Source: an uncultured delta proteobacterium (GTDB lineage: Bacteria > Desulfobacterota > Binatia > JACPRU01). Taken from it: a DNA stretch of 64,000 bases. The notes below the pieces were generated by a model. The model was not told the origin of the DNA, did not search any database, and saw only the letters and a list, made by a program, of their open reading frames with translations. Made by a program: the position numbers and the translations under genes. The stretch lies in contig CAVUWD010000002.1 of the NCBI GenBank assembly GCA_963745025.1, positions 128,001 to 192,000 on the forward strand, given 5' to 3'. Within the stretch, counting starts at the first letter, position 1. Every line of letters begins with the position of its first letter. Below are positions 1-9,906 of the stretch, in pieces.

Positions 1-698
1 GCGATCCGAACGGCGGGATCAATGCCGCCGTGGCGATCTGCGCGGCGCTTCTCGGCCGCAGGCGCACCGGTCGGGGACAGCACATCGACGTCTCGCTCTG
101 GGAAGCGCTGACCGCGCTTTTGCCGGAGGGCTGGATGGAGTACGCGATGAACGGCACGGAGCCCGCGCGCGAGGGCAACCGCGACCCCTGGATGTCGCCG
201 CACAACTGTTTCCGTGCCAGGGGCGAGGACGAATGGGTGACGATCGCCTGCGGCAGCGACGACGAGTGGCGTGCGCTCGCGCGTGCCGTCGGTGGCGCCG
301 ACCTCGCGCGCGACGACCGATTCCGGACCGCCGCCGACCGCAAGCGAAACGAGGACGCGCTCGAGGAAATGCTCACGGCGTGGACCCGCGAGCGCGACAA
401 ATGGGAAGTGACGCAAACCCTCCAAGAGGCCGGGATCGCCGCTTTCCCCTCGATGAACAGCAAGGACCTAGCCGATGACCGGCATCTGAACGAGCGCGGA
501 TTCTTCGCGCGTTTGCCGCACGCGGAGGTGGGCACACGCACGCACGCCGGGATCCCCTGGCGGCTCGCGAATTCCCCGAACGGCGTGCGCTCGCCCGCCC
601 CGCTCCTCGGTCAGCACACGGACGAGGTCCTGCGCGACCTGCTCGGTTACTCCGACGAGGAGATCGGGAGGCTCAGGGCGGCGCAGATCTTCTACTGA
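1..698 (+). CDS. CoA-transferase family III (CaiB/BaiF), 5' truncated by window edge
   Basis: GRGQHIDVSL, PHNCFRARGEDEWVTIAC and C-terminal APLLGQHTDEVL are typical CaiB/BaiF motifs; frame open from the window start. Confidence 0.9.
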   Translation, partial: DPNGGINAAVAICAALLGRRRTGRGQHIDVSLWEALTALLPEGWMEYAMNGTEPAREGNRDPWMSPHNCFRARGEDEWVTIACGSDDEWRALARAVGGADLARDDRFRTAADRKRNEDALEEMLTAWTRERDKWEVTQTLQEAGIAAFPSMNSKDLADDRHLNERGFFARLPHAEVGTRTHAGIPWRLANSPNGVRSPAPLLGQHTDEVLRDLLGYSDEEIGRLRAAQIFY

Positions 699-786
699 AG
701 GAGTCTGCATCCAGAAGCCCGCGCGACTGCGTCTTGATAATCGACGGGTCTTGCGCGATGCAATCGGGGCGGATAGGAGCGCCCCG

Positions 787-1743
787 ATGGACGACGCCAC
801 CCGGCCCGAGGTTTTTCGCAAGATGCTGCTGTCGCGGCGGCTCGAGGAGCGGATCCGCCAGCTGTCGATGGCGGGTGAGCTGCCCGCGACCCTCCATCCC
901 GGCGCCGGCCACGAGGCTTGCCAAATCGCTGCGCTCGCCGCGCTGCAGTCCGACGATCCCATGCTCTACGGCCACCGCGGCCTCGCCTACTGGATCGCGC
1001 GCGGTCTTCCCCCGGAGAAGATCCTCTGCGACATCGCCTTCAAGGAGGGCGGCACGAACCGCGGCAAGGGCGGCGTGATGCACGTAGTCGACCCCTCGCG
1101 AGGCATCTTCGGCGAGAGCGGCACGCTCGGCGGCAACTTCGTGATCGGCGCCGGCGTCGCGCTCGCGGAGAAGATGCGGAAGACCGGGCGCGTGGTGATC
1201 GTGTTCTTCGGCGATGGCACCTCGAACCGCGGCCAGTTTCACGAGGCGGCGAATTTCGCCGCGGTGCAGAAGCTGCCGTTGATCTTCTTCTGCGAGAACA
1301 ACGGCTGGGCCGTGTCCGTCTCGGCGAAGGTCTCCACGGCGGTCGAGAACATCGCCGACCGCGCCGCCGGCTACGCGATGCCTGGAACGGTCGTCGACGG
1401 GAACGACGTCGACGCCGTCTACGCGGCGGTGCGCGAGGCCGCGGCGCGCGCGCGCGGCGGCGATGGGCCGTCGTTGATCGAGGCCAAGGTGCAGCGCTTC
1501 CACGGCCACTACATCGGCGATCCCGAGCCCTACCGGACGAAGGAGGAGGTGGCGAAGCTCCGCGAGAAGGACCCGCTGCCGCGCCTGCAGCAGGATCTCC
1601 TGCGGCGCGGCCTCCTCGACGACGCGCGTCTCGCGGCGATGGAGAAGGAGATCGCCTCGGCGATCGATCGCGCCGTCGAATTCACCAAGCGCCAGCCGTT
1701 GGTCGCGCCGTCGACCGCCTTCGAGAGCGTGTACGCCGCATGA
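787..1743 (+). CDS. TPP-dependent 2-oxoacid/acetoin dehydrogenase E1 alpha subunit
   Basis: GDG...ENN TPP-binding motif (FFGDGTSNRGQFHE...CENNGW), RFHGHY; ATG at 787 after AGGAG. Confidence 0.9.
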   Translation: MDDATRPEVFRKMLLSRRLEERIRQLSMAGELPATLHPGAGHEACQIAALAALQSDDPMLYGHRGLAYWIARGLPPEKILCDIAFKEGGTNRGKGGVMHVVDPSRGIFGESGTLGGNFVIGAGVALAEKMRKTGRVVIVFFGDGTSNRGQFHEAANFAAVQKLPLIFFCENNGWAVSVSAKVSTAVENIADRAAGYAMPGTVVDGNDVDAVYAAVREAAARARGGDGPSLIEAKVQRFHGHYIGDPEPYRTKEEVAKLREKDPLPRLQQDLLRRGLLDDARLAAMEKEIASAIDRAVEFTKRQPLVAPSTAFESVYAA

Positions 1744-2714
1744 GCCGCCAGATCACCTACGGGCAAGCCATCCGCGAAGCGCTCGTCGAGGAGATGCGGC
1801 GCGATTCTGCCGTGATCCTGTACGGTGAGGACGTCGCCGTCTACGGCGGCATCTTCCGCGTGCTCGCGGGGCTCAGAGAAGAGTTCGGCGAGCGCGTCTT
1901 CGACACGCCGATCTCCGAGAACGTGATCGTCGGCGCGGCGGTCGGCGCGGCGATGGCCGGGCTTCGGCCGGTGGCCGAGCTCCAGTTCGCGGACTTCGTA
2001 CACTGCGCCGCCGACGAGGTGATCCTCAAGGCCGGCACGTGGCGCTATGCCCACGACGGCGCTTTCGAGCTGCCGCTCGTGATCCGCGCGGCCTCCGGCG
2101 GCTTCGGCTACGGCCCGGAGCACTCGCAGTGCCCGGAGGCCTACATCATGCACTCGCCGGGCCTGCGGCTCGCCGTGCCGTCGACGCCGGCCGACGCCAA
2201 GGGTCTGCTCAAGGCGGCGATCCGCATGAACGACCCGGTCGTCTTCTTCGAGCACAAGCTCCTCTACGGCATGAAGGGCGAGGTGCCCGACGGCGAGCAC
2301 ATCGTCGAGTTCGGAAAGGCGAAGGTGCGCCGCGAGGGCTCCGCGCTGACGATCGTTGCCTGGCAGGAGATGCTGCGCCGCTCGCTCGAGGCCGCGGAGC
2401 GGCTCGCGGCCGAGGGCGTGGAGGTCGAGGTCGTCGACCCGGTCACGCTCAATCCCTTCGACCGCGACGCGATCATCCGCTCGGTGCAGAAGACCGGCGC
2501 CTGCATGGTCGTCGAGGAGGCGTACCGGACGCTCGGAGTCGGCGCCGAGATCGGCGCGATGCTGATGGAGAGCGCCTTCGGCGAGCTCGATCGGCCCTTG
2601 CGTCGGCTCGCCATCCCGGACGTGCCGATCCCGACCGCGCCTCACCTCGTCGACGCGCTCGTACCGCGCGTCGACGACATCGTGCAGGCGGCGCGCGAGC
2701 TGGCGCCGAGGTAG
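1740..2714 (+). CDS. 2-oxoacid/acetoin dehydrogenase E1 beta subunit
   Basis: GEDVAVYGG, DTPISE, RPVAELQFADF, EHSQ; ATGA overlap with E1 alpha stop. Confidence 0.92.
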   Translation: MSRQITYGQAIREALVEEMRRDSAVILYGEDVAVYGGIFRVLAGLREEFGERVFDTPISENVIVGAAVGAAMAGLRPVAELQFADFVHCAADEVILKAGTWRYAHDGAFELPLVIRAASGGFGYGPEHSQCPEAYIMHSPGLRLAVPSTPADAKGLLKAAIRMNDPVVFFEHKLLYGMKGEVPDGEHIVEFGKAKVRREGSALTIVAWQEMLRRSLEAAERLAAEGVEVEVVDPVTLNPFDRDAIIRSVQKTGACMVVEEAYRTLGVGAEIGAMLMESAFGELDRPLRRLAIPDVPIPTAPHLVDALVPRVDDIVQAARELAPR

Positions 2715-2740
2715 CCCGCTTCGGGTTTCGCGGCGGCGCC

Positions 2741-3973
2741 ATGTCGACGGAGATCCGCATGCCACGGCTCGGCCACTCGATGACCGAGGGCACGGTGGTC
2801 GCGTGGTTGGCAAAGCCCGGCGATCGCGTGCATGCGGGCCAGATCGTGCTGACGATCGAGACCGACAAGGCCGAATACGAGGTCGAGGCGCCCGTCGACG
2901 GCCTGCTCGCGGAGCCGCTCGTCGCCGAGACGCAAGCCGCTGCGGTCGGTGCGGTGCTCGGTTGGGTGCTCGCGCCGGGCGAGGCAAGACCGAGCGTGGC
3001 GGCCGAGGGCGGGGACGAGCGCGCGGCCCGACCGCGCGAAGCTCCGGCGCCGCCGGGGAGCGCCGCGCGCGGCAAGGTTCGCGCGTCGCCGAAGGCGCGC
3101 CGCCTCGCGGAGAGGCTCGGCATCGAGCTCGCGGCGGTCGCCGCGAGCGGACCCGACGGGCTCGTCACGGAGGCCGATGTCGAGCGCGCGGCTCACGAGC
3201 CGCACGACTCGGGCACGCCGGCCGCCGGCGAGTGGAAGGGGCGGGCCGTCCGCGAGCGGCGCCGGCTCGCGCCGATCCGCCGCACGACCGCGCGCCGCAT
3301 GGCCGAGGCGTGGGCGAGCGTGCCGCACATCGTGCAGATGATCGACGTGGACATGGAGGAGGCGCGCCGTCTGCGCGGTCGCTGGAAGGCCGAGGGCGGC
3401 GAGGCCGCGGCGATCACCTACAACGATCTCATCGTCAAGGCATCCGCGCTCGCCCTGGCCGAGCATCCCGATCTCAACGCGGCCGTCGACGGCGACGAGC
3501 TCGTCGTCTTCGCCGAGGTCAACGCCGGAATCGCCGTCGACACCCCGCGCGGCCTCGTCGTGCCGGTGGTGCGGGGCGCCGATCGGCTGTCTCTCCTCGC
3601 GATCTCGCGCGAGTCCCGCCGCCTCGCGGCAAAGGCGCGCGGCGACGGGCTCGACCCCGAGGACTTCGGCGCCGGCACCTTCACGGTCTCGAACCTCGGC
3701 GCGTTCGGAATCCGCGCCGGCACGCCGGTCGTGAACCCGCCCGAGGCCATGCTCGTGTTCGTCGGCGCGGTGGAGGATCGTCCGGTCGTGCGGGACGGCA
3801 CGATCATGGCGCGCCCGACTGTGACGCTCTCGATCGCCTACGACCACCGTGTCGCCGATGGCGCCGCCGCCGCGCGCGTCACGGCGAGGATTCGCGCGCT
3901 GCTCGAGAGCTCCGCGTCCTGGGCGGAGGCTCCGGAAGCGAGCGAAGCCGCGGCGCCGGCGCCCGGGAGATGA
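2741..3973 (+). CDS. Dihydrolipoamide acyltransferase E2
   Basis: Lipoyl domain ETDKA, E3-binding ASPKARRLA, catalytic DHRVADG. Confidence 0.92.
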   Translation: MSTEIRMPRLGHSMTEGTVVAWLAKPGDRVHAGQIVLTIETDKAEYEVEAPVDGLLAEPLVAETQAAAVGAVLGWVLAPGEARPSVAAEGGDERAARPREAPAPPGSAARGKVRASPKARRLAERLGIELAAVAASGPDGLVTEADVERAAHEPHDSGTPAAGEWKGRAVRERRRLAPIRRTTARRMAEAWASVPHIVQMIDVDMEEARRLRGRWKAEGGEAAAITYNDLIVKASALALAEHPDLNAAVDGDELVVFAEVNAGIAVDTPRGLVVPVVRGADRLSLLAISRESRRLAAKARGDGLDPEDFGAGTFTVSNLGAFGIRAGTPVVNPPEAMLVFVGAVEDRPVVRDGTIMARPTVTLSIAYDHRVADGAAAARVTARIRALLESSASWAEAPEASEAAAPAPGR

Positions 3974-4110
3974 TCCGGGCTGAGCACTGTTGCTCCGCTC
4001 GCTCATCCGCCAAGGCTCTCCACGACGGCATCGAGACGGTCGGTTGCCGCAGCTCCGTGTCGCGTCGGTTCGTCGCGCGGCGAAGCCGAGGAGGACCAAG
4101 GCTCAGGAAG

Positions 4111-4506
4111 TCAGGTTCGCAGGCGCGCAACCACTTTGATCTCGACCAGGCCACCGGGAATCGCGAGCTCGGTGATGCCGATCGCGGTCCATGCCGGATA
4201 GGGCGCCGACAAGTACTTGTCCTTCACCTTCATGAAGGTCCCCAGACTTTTCTGCAGGCCGACATGAAAGGTGGTCATCTCGACTACCTCGGAGAACGAA
4301 ACCCCGGCCGCCTTGAGCACCGACGACAGAGTCTCGAACGCCTGCGTGAATTGCGTTTCGGGATCAGGCGAGGCCTTGCCGTCGGGGCCGGTTCCGATCA
4401 CGCCCGAACAATAGAGCCGGTCCCCGTCCTTGACGGCGGGCGCGAAATGGAACCGCTCGTACAGGCTCTCCTGGCCCTTGGGAATGACGACGTTGCTCTT
4501 GTCCAT
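4111..4506 (-). CDS. RidA/YjgF family protein
   Basis: FAPAV..GDRLYCSG, PYPAWTAIG..LVEIK. Confidence 0.88.
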   Translation of the reverse strand: MDKSNVVIPKGQESLYERFHFAPAVKDGDRLYCSGVIGTGPDGKASPDPETQFTQAFETLSSVLKAAGVSFSEVVEMTTFHVGLQKSLGTFMKVKDKYLSAPYPAWTAIGITELAIPGGLVEIKVVARLRT

Positions 4507-4593
4507 GATGTTTTCCTCTCGTTGGTAGGAAAGTCGTGACGCGATCGGATTGGCACTACTACCTCACGTTCCTTGCGGGCCACTCGGGCGGGG

Positions 4594-5817
4594 TCATCTG
4601 AGAGTTGTGCTCCCGCGATCAGGTCGCGCTCGCGGGCCTGTCTCCGGGACGAGCAGGAAGAGGAAGGCGGAGCCGGCGTAGCAGGCCGCCCAGAAGCCGA
4701 TGCCGGCGAGCGGCGTTGCCGACGCGAGCGTCGACCCGACGACCGGCGAGACGAAGCCGCCGCCGAAGCCCGCGGTGAGCGCGAGCCCGAGCGCGCTCCC
4801 CGCGTAAGCCGGGCCGACGCCGGCGAGCTCGAGGGGCACGACGAACAGGATCGCCACCACACCTGCCGAGAGGCCCCACGCCACCATCACGGCGGCGAGC
4901 GGCATGCCGGTCATCACGGCCGCCGCGAGGACCAGCCCGGAAGAGAGCAGCATGCCCGGGAAGTACACCCGCTTGCGCAGGCCGAGGCGGTCGGAGAGCG
5001 TGGGCAGCACGAGGCTCCCGGCGATGAAGGCGAGGAGCACCAGGCTCATCATGCCTCCAGCCTTCGCCTTCGACATGCCCTGCACCTTCTCGTAGTAGGT
5101 GGGGAGGTACTGGATCACACCGATGTATGCCCCGAGGAAGAGCATGTAGGCGCCCGAGAGGATCCATACAGCCGGAATGCGCGTGACTGCGCGGAGCGAG
5201 GCCAGCGCATTTCCGCCGCCACCGACCGAGCCCTCGCGATCGCGCAGCGTCACGATCCACAGCACGCCGAGCCCGAGCAGGACCAGGCCGAGCCCCTTCG
5301 TGATCGATCGCCAACCGCCGAGCGGCTCGAGCAGGAGCGGTCCCACCGAGAGCGCGAGCGCCTGGCCTGCGCCGTTGCCCGCCAACCCTACGCCGTTGGC
5401 GAAGCCGAACTCGCGCTGCGGGAACCATTGGCCGAGCGCCTTCGGCAGGTTGGGGGCGACCAGCGCGATGCAACCGCCGAAGAGGACCATCGAAGCGAGC
5501 ATCGAGCCGAAGGTCGGGGCCTGGGCGCGCCACAGGAGCGCTGTGCCCATCAGCAGGATCCCGCCGCCCACGACCTTGCGCACGCCGAGCCTATCGCCGA
5601 GGGCGCCTCCCCCGATCGAGCACAGGAACGCGCCGAGCGAGATCCCGGCCCACAGCTTCGAGAATTCGACGAGCCCGACGTTCAGGTCCTGGCAGACGTT
5701 CGTCACCATGACCACGATGTAGAACCACGCCATCCCGGTCGGAAGGAAGTTCGCGAGCACGACCAGACAGAGCACCCACCAGCGATAACGCGGCGCTTCC
5801 TCGCTCATTGTCGGCAT
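4594..5817 (-). CDS. MFS transporter
   Basis: About 12 hydrophobic segments; motif A GALGDRLGVRK and repeat LSDRLGLRK. Confidence 0.88.
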   Translation of the reverse strand: MPTMSEEAPRYRWWVLCLVVLANFLPTGMAWFYIVVMVTNVCQDLNVGLVEFSKLWAGISLGAFLCSIGGGALGDRLGVRKVVGGGILLMGTALLWRAQAPTFGSMLASMVLFGGCIALVAPNLPKALGQWFPQREFGFANGVGLAGNGAGQALALSVGPLLLEPLGGWRSITKGLGLVLLGLGVLWIVTLRDREGSVGGGGNALASLRAVTRIPAVWILSGAYMLFLGAYIGVIQYLPTYYEKVQGMSKAKAGGMMSLVLLAFIAGSLVLPTLSDRLGLRKRVYFPGMLLSSGLVLAAAVMTGMPLAAVMVAWGLSAGVVAILFVVPLELAGVGPAYAGSALGLALTAGFGGGFVSPVVGSTLASATPLAGIGFWAACYAGSAFLFLLVPETGPRARPDRGSTTLR

Positions 5818-6321
5818 CCTTTCGGATTAGGCCATCGCACGCTGACGCCTCCGGCGCGCGGCTCTCAGGAACGGGGCGGCCACGCCAGCGTGCGGCGGAA
5901 GCTTGCCGCGACCCGCAGCCCCACTTGGCCACGGGGTCGGGTGGAATCGCGAAGAACTCGGAGGCGGGAGATCACGAGGGTAGACTCCACCGAAAGGAGG
6001 TCGTGGATCAAGGGCACGAAGGGCTGTGCGAGCGGCAGCGCCTCGACCACCGCCTCGACACGGGCGCGCTGCGGCTCTCTTCGACGGACCCTCATCCGAA
6101 CCCGCTTCGCTCGATCGCCGGTTGCGGAGTTGAACCGTGCCGGTGAGCTGCGAAGCTGCGTCGCAGATCGCTCCCGTTGGTCGCGAACCGGCTCCGGCCA
6201 GGCGGCCTACCGAGCTAGGAGGGTGTGTCACGGATCGCGGCCTACGGGCACGATCAAAGGGGATGCGACATCCTACCGAGCTAGCGCCCGCCGTCAGGAT
6301 CGAGGTAGAGAGGATCGAGAC

Positions 6322-7332
6322 ATGAAGGAGGAGAGGTCCGACACCGTCAGGCTGCAGCATCTGTCCTGGTCGTTTGGCGCTTCCGCCGCGCTGTTCGCGG
6401 CACTCGACCTCGACGTCTTCACGAAGATCTCGGAGGGAGCCGTCACCCTCGAGGAGATCGCCCGCAGGACCGCAATGGAGGCGCGCAACGTCGATCGCCT
6501 GCTCGCCGTGCTCCACGCCCTCGAACTCGTCGAACGGGCCGGCGATCGATTCCGAAACGCCCCGGACGTCGAGCGCTTCCTGGTGAAGGGGAAGCGCAGC
6601 TATGCGGCTCCCTGGATCTTGTTTGCAGGCAAGGACTGGGCCGATTGGGGCCGGCTCGCCGACCACCTCCGCCGCAGGGGACTTCCGAGACGGCTCGGCA
6701 TGTACGAGGAGCTGACCATCGAGGGGGCGCGGAGATACCACGAAGCGACCTACAGCGTCGGCCTGGGGGCCGGGCGGCGCTTCGCCAAGCAGGTCGACCT
6801 GTCCCGGCGCAAGCTCTTTCTCGACCTGGGTGGGGGCTCGGGGGCGTACTCGATCGCCGCCGCCTCGGCGTATCCGCAGATTCGCGCGATCGTCCTCGAC
6901 CTGCCGCCCGTCGTCGAGGTGGCCAAGGAGTTCATTGCGCGCCATGGCCTGGCCGAGCGCATCGTGACGGTTGCCGCAGACTTCACGCGCGACCCCTTCC
7001 CGCGCGGTGCCGACGTCGTCGTCATGGCGAGCAACTTGCCGCAGTACGCCCCGGTCGTCATCCAGGAGGTCGTCGGTAAGGCGTTTGAAGCTCTCGAGCC
7101 GGGGGGCGAGATGCACCTGGTCGGCGAGATGCTGAACGACGACCGCAAAGGGCCGCTCCTGGCGGCGCTCTACGCGCTCTACGAGGCCATCTTCGACAGC
7201 GGCGGCGTGGCGCACACCGTCGGCGAGTGCATCGGCTACCTGCGGCAGGCGGGCTTCGGCGGCGTGTGCGCGAGAGAATTCATACCCGAGATCCTCACCT
7301 GCGTTTCGGGCGTGAAGCCGGTGTCCGGGTGA
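6322..7332 (+). CDS. O-methyltransferase (dimerisation domain + Methyltransf_2)
   Basis: N-terminal AALDLDVF winged helix, LDLGGGSG, DLPPVV, ADF; ATG at 6322 after GAGG. Confidence 0.85.
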   Translation: MKEERSDTVRLQHLSWSFGASAALFAALDLDVFTKISEGAVTLEEIARRTAMEARNVDRLLAVLHALELVERAGDRFRNAPDVERFLVKGKRSYAAPWILFAGKDWADWGRLADHLRRRGLPRRLGMYEELTIEGARRYHEATYSVGLGAGRRFAKQVDLSRRKLFLDLGGGSGAYSIAAASAYPQIRAIVLDLPPVVEVAKEFIARHGLAERIVTVAADFTRDPFPRGADVVVMASNLPQYAPVVIQEVVGKAFEALEPGGEMHLVGEMLNDDRKGPLLAALYALYEAIFDSGGVAHTVGECIGYLRQAGFGGVCAREFIPEILTCVSGVKPVSG

Positions 7333-7375
7333 AGGCCACGACGACCGAGCCTCGGGTCGCCCCGGAGGAGGAGCC

Positions 7376-8242
7376 GTGACGACCAGCGCCAAGGAACCTT
7401 ACGCCACGTTCTCGCCCGACGAGCTCGCGAGCTTGCCTACGGTGTTCCGCGAGGGCCTCTTCCTCGATCGGGTGATCGTGGTGACGGGGGGAGCCGGGGT
7501 GATCGGCACCGCGCTGTGCGTTCTCTTCGGTCGCCTCGGTGCGACGGTTGTCGCATGCGGCAGGAGCCGTGAGCGGCTCGACGAGCTCTCCCGGCACCTC
7601 ACCCGGCTCGCCATCCGCCACTCCACGCATGCGCTCACGGTCCGTGACCCCGAGCAGGTATCCGCGTTCGTGGACGAGGTCTGGCAGCGCCACGGCAGGC
7701 TCGACGTGCTCATCAACAACGCCGGCGGTCAATTTGCGGTCCCTGCGGCGGAGATCACGCCGAAAGGGTGGAGCGCGGTGGTCGAGACCATCCTCTACGG
7801 TACCTGGTACGCGAGTCAGGCGGCCGCCCGGAGGTGGATCGGCAAGAATGCTCCCGGCTCGATCGTAAACGTGACCACGGTGCCCGGCTTCGTAGCCGTC
7901 GGCATTCCACATACCGTGGCGGCTCGCGCGGGGCAGGTGCAGCTGACGCGCGCCCTCGCCCTCGAGTGGGCACCGCACTCGATTCGCGTCAACGGGGTCG
8001 CCGTCGGCGTCGTTTCGGGACCCTCGCTGCATCACTATCCGCCGAACGCGAAGCCGTTCTTCGAAGCGAACCCGATGCGGCGCGTCGGCGACGTGGTCGA
8101 CGTTGCCGAGGCGTGCGCATACCTCGCGGCGCCTTCGGGGAAATTCCTGACGGGCGTGGTTCTTCCGGTGGATGGAGGCGGGTCGGTTTGGGGCGAGTTC
8201 TGGCCGCTCGGCAAGCCGGACTACTTCCGCATCGAGGATTGA
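7376..8242 (+). CDS. SDR oxidoreductase, 2,4-dienoyl-CoA/enoyl-CoA reductase-like
   Basis: TGGAGVIG, NNAGGQF, His in place of catalytic Tyr (PHTVAAR), VDGG. Confidence 0.8.
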   Translation: MTTSAKEPYATFSPDELASLPTVFREGLFLDRVIVVTGGAGVIGTALCVLFGRLGATVVACGRSRERLDELSRHLTRLAIRHSTHALTVRDPEQVSAFVDEVWQRHGRLDVLINNAGGQFAVPAAEITPKGWSAVVETILYGTWYASQAAARRWIGKNAPGSIVNVTTVPGFVAVGIPHTVAARAGQVQLTRALALEWAPHSIRVNGVAVGVVSGPSLHHYPPNAKPFFEANPMRRVGDVVDVAEACAYLAAPSGKFLTGVVLPVDGGGSVWGEFWPLGKPDYFRIED

Positions 8243-8244
8243 AC

Positions 8245-9885
8245 GTGCCGACGATTCGATTCGACGCCGACCCTTCGCAGTACCGCCACTGGAAGCTCGA
8301 CGTCCGGGGCGAGATCGCGACGCTCGCGATGAAGGTCAGCGAGGACGGCGGCCTCGTGCCCGGCTACTCGCTGAAGCTCAATTCCTACGATCTCGGCGTC
8401 GACATCGAGCTCGCCGACGCGATCCAGCGGCTGCGCTTCTCGCACCCCGGAGTGCGCACGCTCGTCGTGACGTCGCTTCGCGACCGCATGTTTTGCGCGG
8501 GCGCCAACATCTTCATGCTCGGGCAGAGCTCGCATCCGTTCAAGGTGAACTTCTGCAAGTTCACGAACGAGACCCGCCTCTACCTCGAGGAGATGAGCCG
8601 CGAGTCGCAGATCAAGACGCTCTGCGCGCTGAACGGCACCGCCTCGGGGGGCGGCTACGAGCTGGCGCTCGCCTGCGATGAGATCCTGCTGGTCGATGAC
8701 GGGTCCTCGGCGGTCTCCCTGCCCGAAGTCGCGCTGCTCGGCGTGCTGCCGGGAACCGGTGGCCTGACCCGCATGGTCGACAAGCGCGGCGTGCGGCGCG
8801 ACCACGCCGACTTCTTCTCGACGACGGTCGAAGGTGTTCGCGGCCAGCGCGCGGTCGACTGGCGGCTCGTCGACGAGGTGGTGCCGCGCTCGCGGTTCGA
8901 GGCACGCGTGGCGGAGCGCGCGGCCGCGCTTGCCCGGCAGAGCGATCGCCCGGCGGGCGGCCGAGGCATCGAGCTTCCCCGCCTGAAGCGCAGCGAGACC
9001 CCGCAGGGGATCGACTACGAGCACGTCGCGCTGACGATCGATCGTGCTCGCCGTACGGCGACGATCACGATCGGCGCCCCCCGTGGCCCGGAGCCGACCG
9101 ACCCCGAAGCGTTCGTGCGCGCGGGCGCGGCCGCCTGGGCCATCGCCGCCTGGCGCGAGCTCGACGATGCGATCCTGCACCTGCGGGCGAACGAGCTCGA
9201 GATCGGCCTCGTGCTGCTCCGCACCGAGGGAGACCCCGCGAAGGTTCTGGAGGTCGACCGCACCGTCGCCCGCCACCGCGATCACTGGCTGGTGCGCGAG
9301 ATCCTGCTGCTGCAGAAGCGAGTGCTGAAGCGGATCGATCTCACCGCTCGCACGTTCTACGCGCTCGTCGTGCCGGGCTCGGCGTTCGTCGGCTCGCTGT
9401 TCGAGCTCGCGCTCGCCGCCGATCGGTGCTACATGCTCGCCGACCCCGACGGCTCGAACCGGGTGGGGCTCTCTCCGCTGAACGGTGGCCTGCTACCGAT
9501 GAGCTCTGGGTTGTCGCGCCTGCAGGCGCGGTTCTTCGGCGAGGTGGAGCGCGCGGCCGCGCTCATCGGCCACGAGGGATCGTTCGACGCGCACGCGGCG
9601 CTCGACGCCGGCCTCGTCACGTTTGCCCCCGACGACCTCGACTGGGACGACGAGGTTCGCCTGGCGATCGAGGAGCGCACCTCGATGAGCCCCGACGCGC
9701 TCACCGGCATGGAGGCGAGCCTTCGCTTCGTCGGTCCGGAGACGCTCGAGACCAAGATCTTCGGCAGGCTCTCCGCCTGGCAGAACTGGATCTTCACGCG
9801 CCCGAACTCCACCGGCGAAAAGGGCGCAGTGACCCTCTACGGCAAGTCGGGCCAGCGCCCCGAGTTCGACTGGCGCCGCACCTGA
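8245..9885 (+). CDS. boxC: 2,3-epoxybenzoyl-CoA dihydrolase BoxC
   Basis: YRHWKL, LKLNSYDLGVDIELADA, KVNFCKFTNETR, C-terminal TKIFGRLSAWQNWIF; GTG start at 8245. Confidence 0.93.
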   Translation: MPTIRFDADPSQYRHWKLDVRGEIATLAMKVSEDGGLVPGYSLKLNSYDLGVDIELADAIQRLRFSHPGVRTLVVTSLRDRMFCAGANIFMLGQSSHPFKVNFCKFTNETRLYLEEMSRESQIKTLCALNGTASGGGYELALACDEILLVDDGSSAVSLPEVALLGVLPGTGGLTRMVDKRGVRRDHADFFSTTVEGVRGQRAVDWRLVDEVVPRSRFEARVAERAAALARQSDRPAGGRGIELPRLKRSETPQGIDYEHVALTIDRARRTATITIGAPRGPEPTDPEAFVRAGAAAWAIAAWRELDDAILHLRANELEIGLVLLRTEGDPAKVLEVDRTVARHRDHWLVREILLLQKRVLKRIDLTARTFYALVVPGSAFVGSLFELALAADRCYMLADPDGSNRVGLSPLNGGLLPMSSGLSRLQARFFGEVERAAALIGHEGSFDAHAALDAGLVTFAPDDLDWDDEVRLAIEERTSMSPDALTGMEASLRFVGPETLETKIFGRLSAWQNWIFTRPNSTGEKGAVTLYGKSGQRPEFDWRRT

Positions 9886-9906
9886 GCCGCAGGGCAAGGA
9901 ACCACG

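Noticed and set aside
4573-7332. 919-aa ORF as one protein
   Set aside because: The first part is antisense to the MFS gene; only 6322-7332 is a recognisable methyltransferase with an RBS
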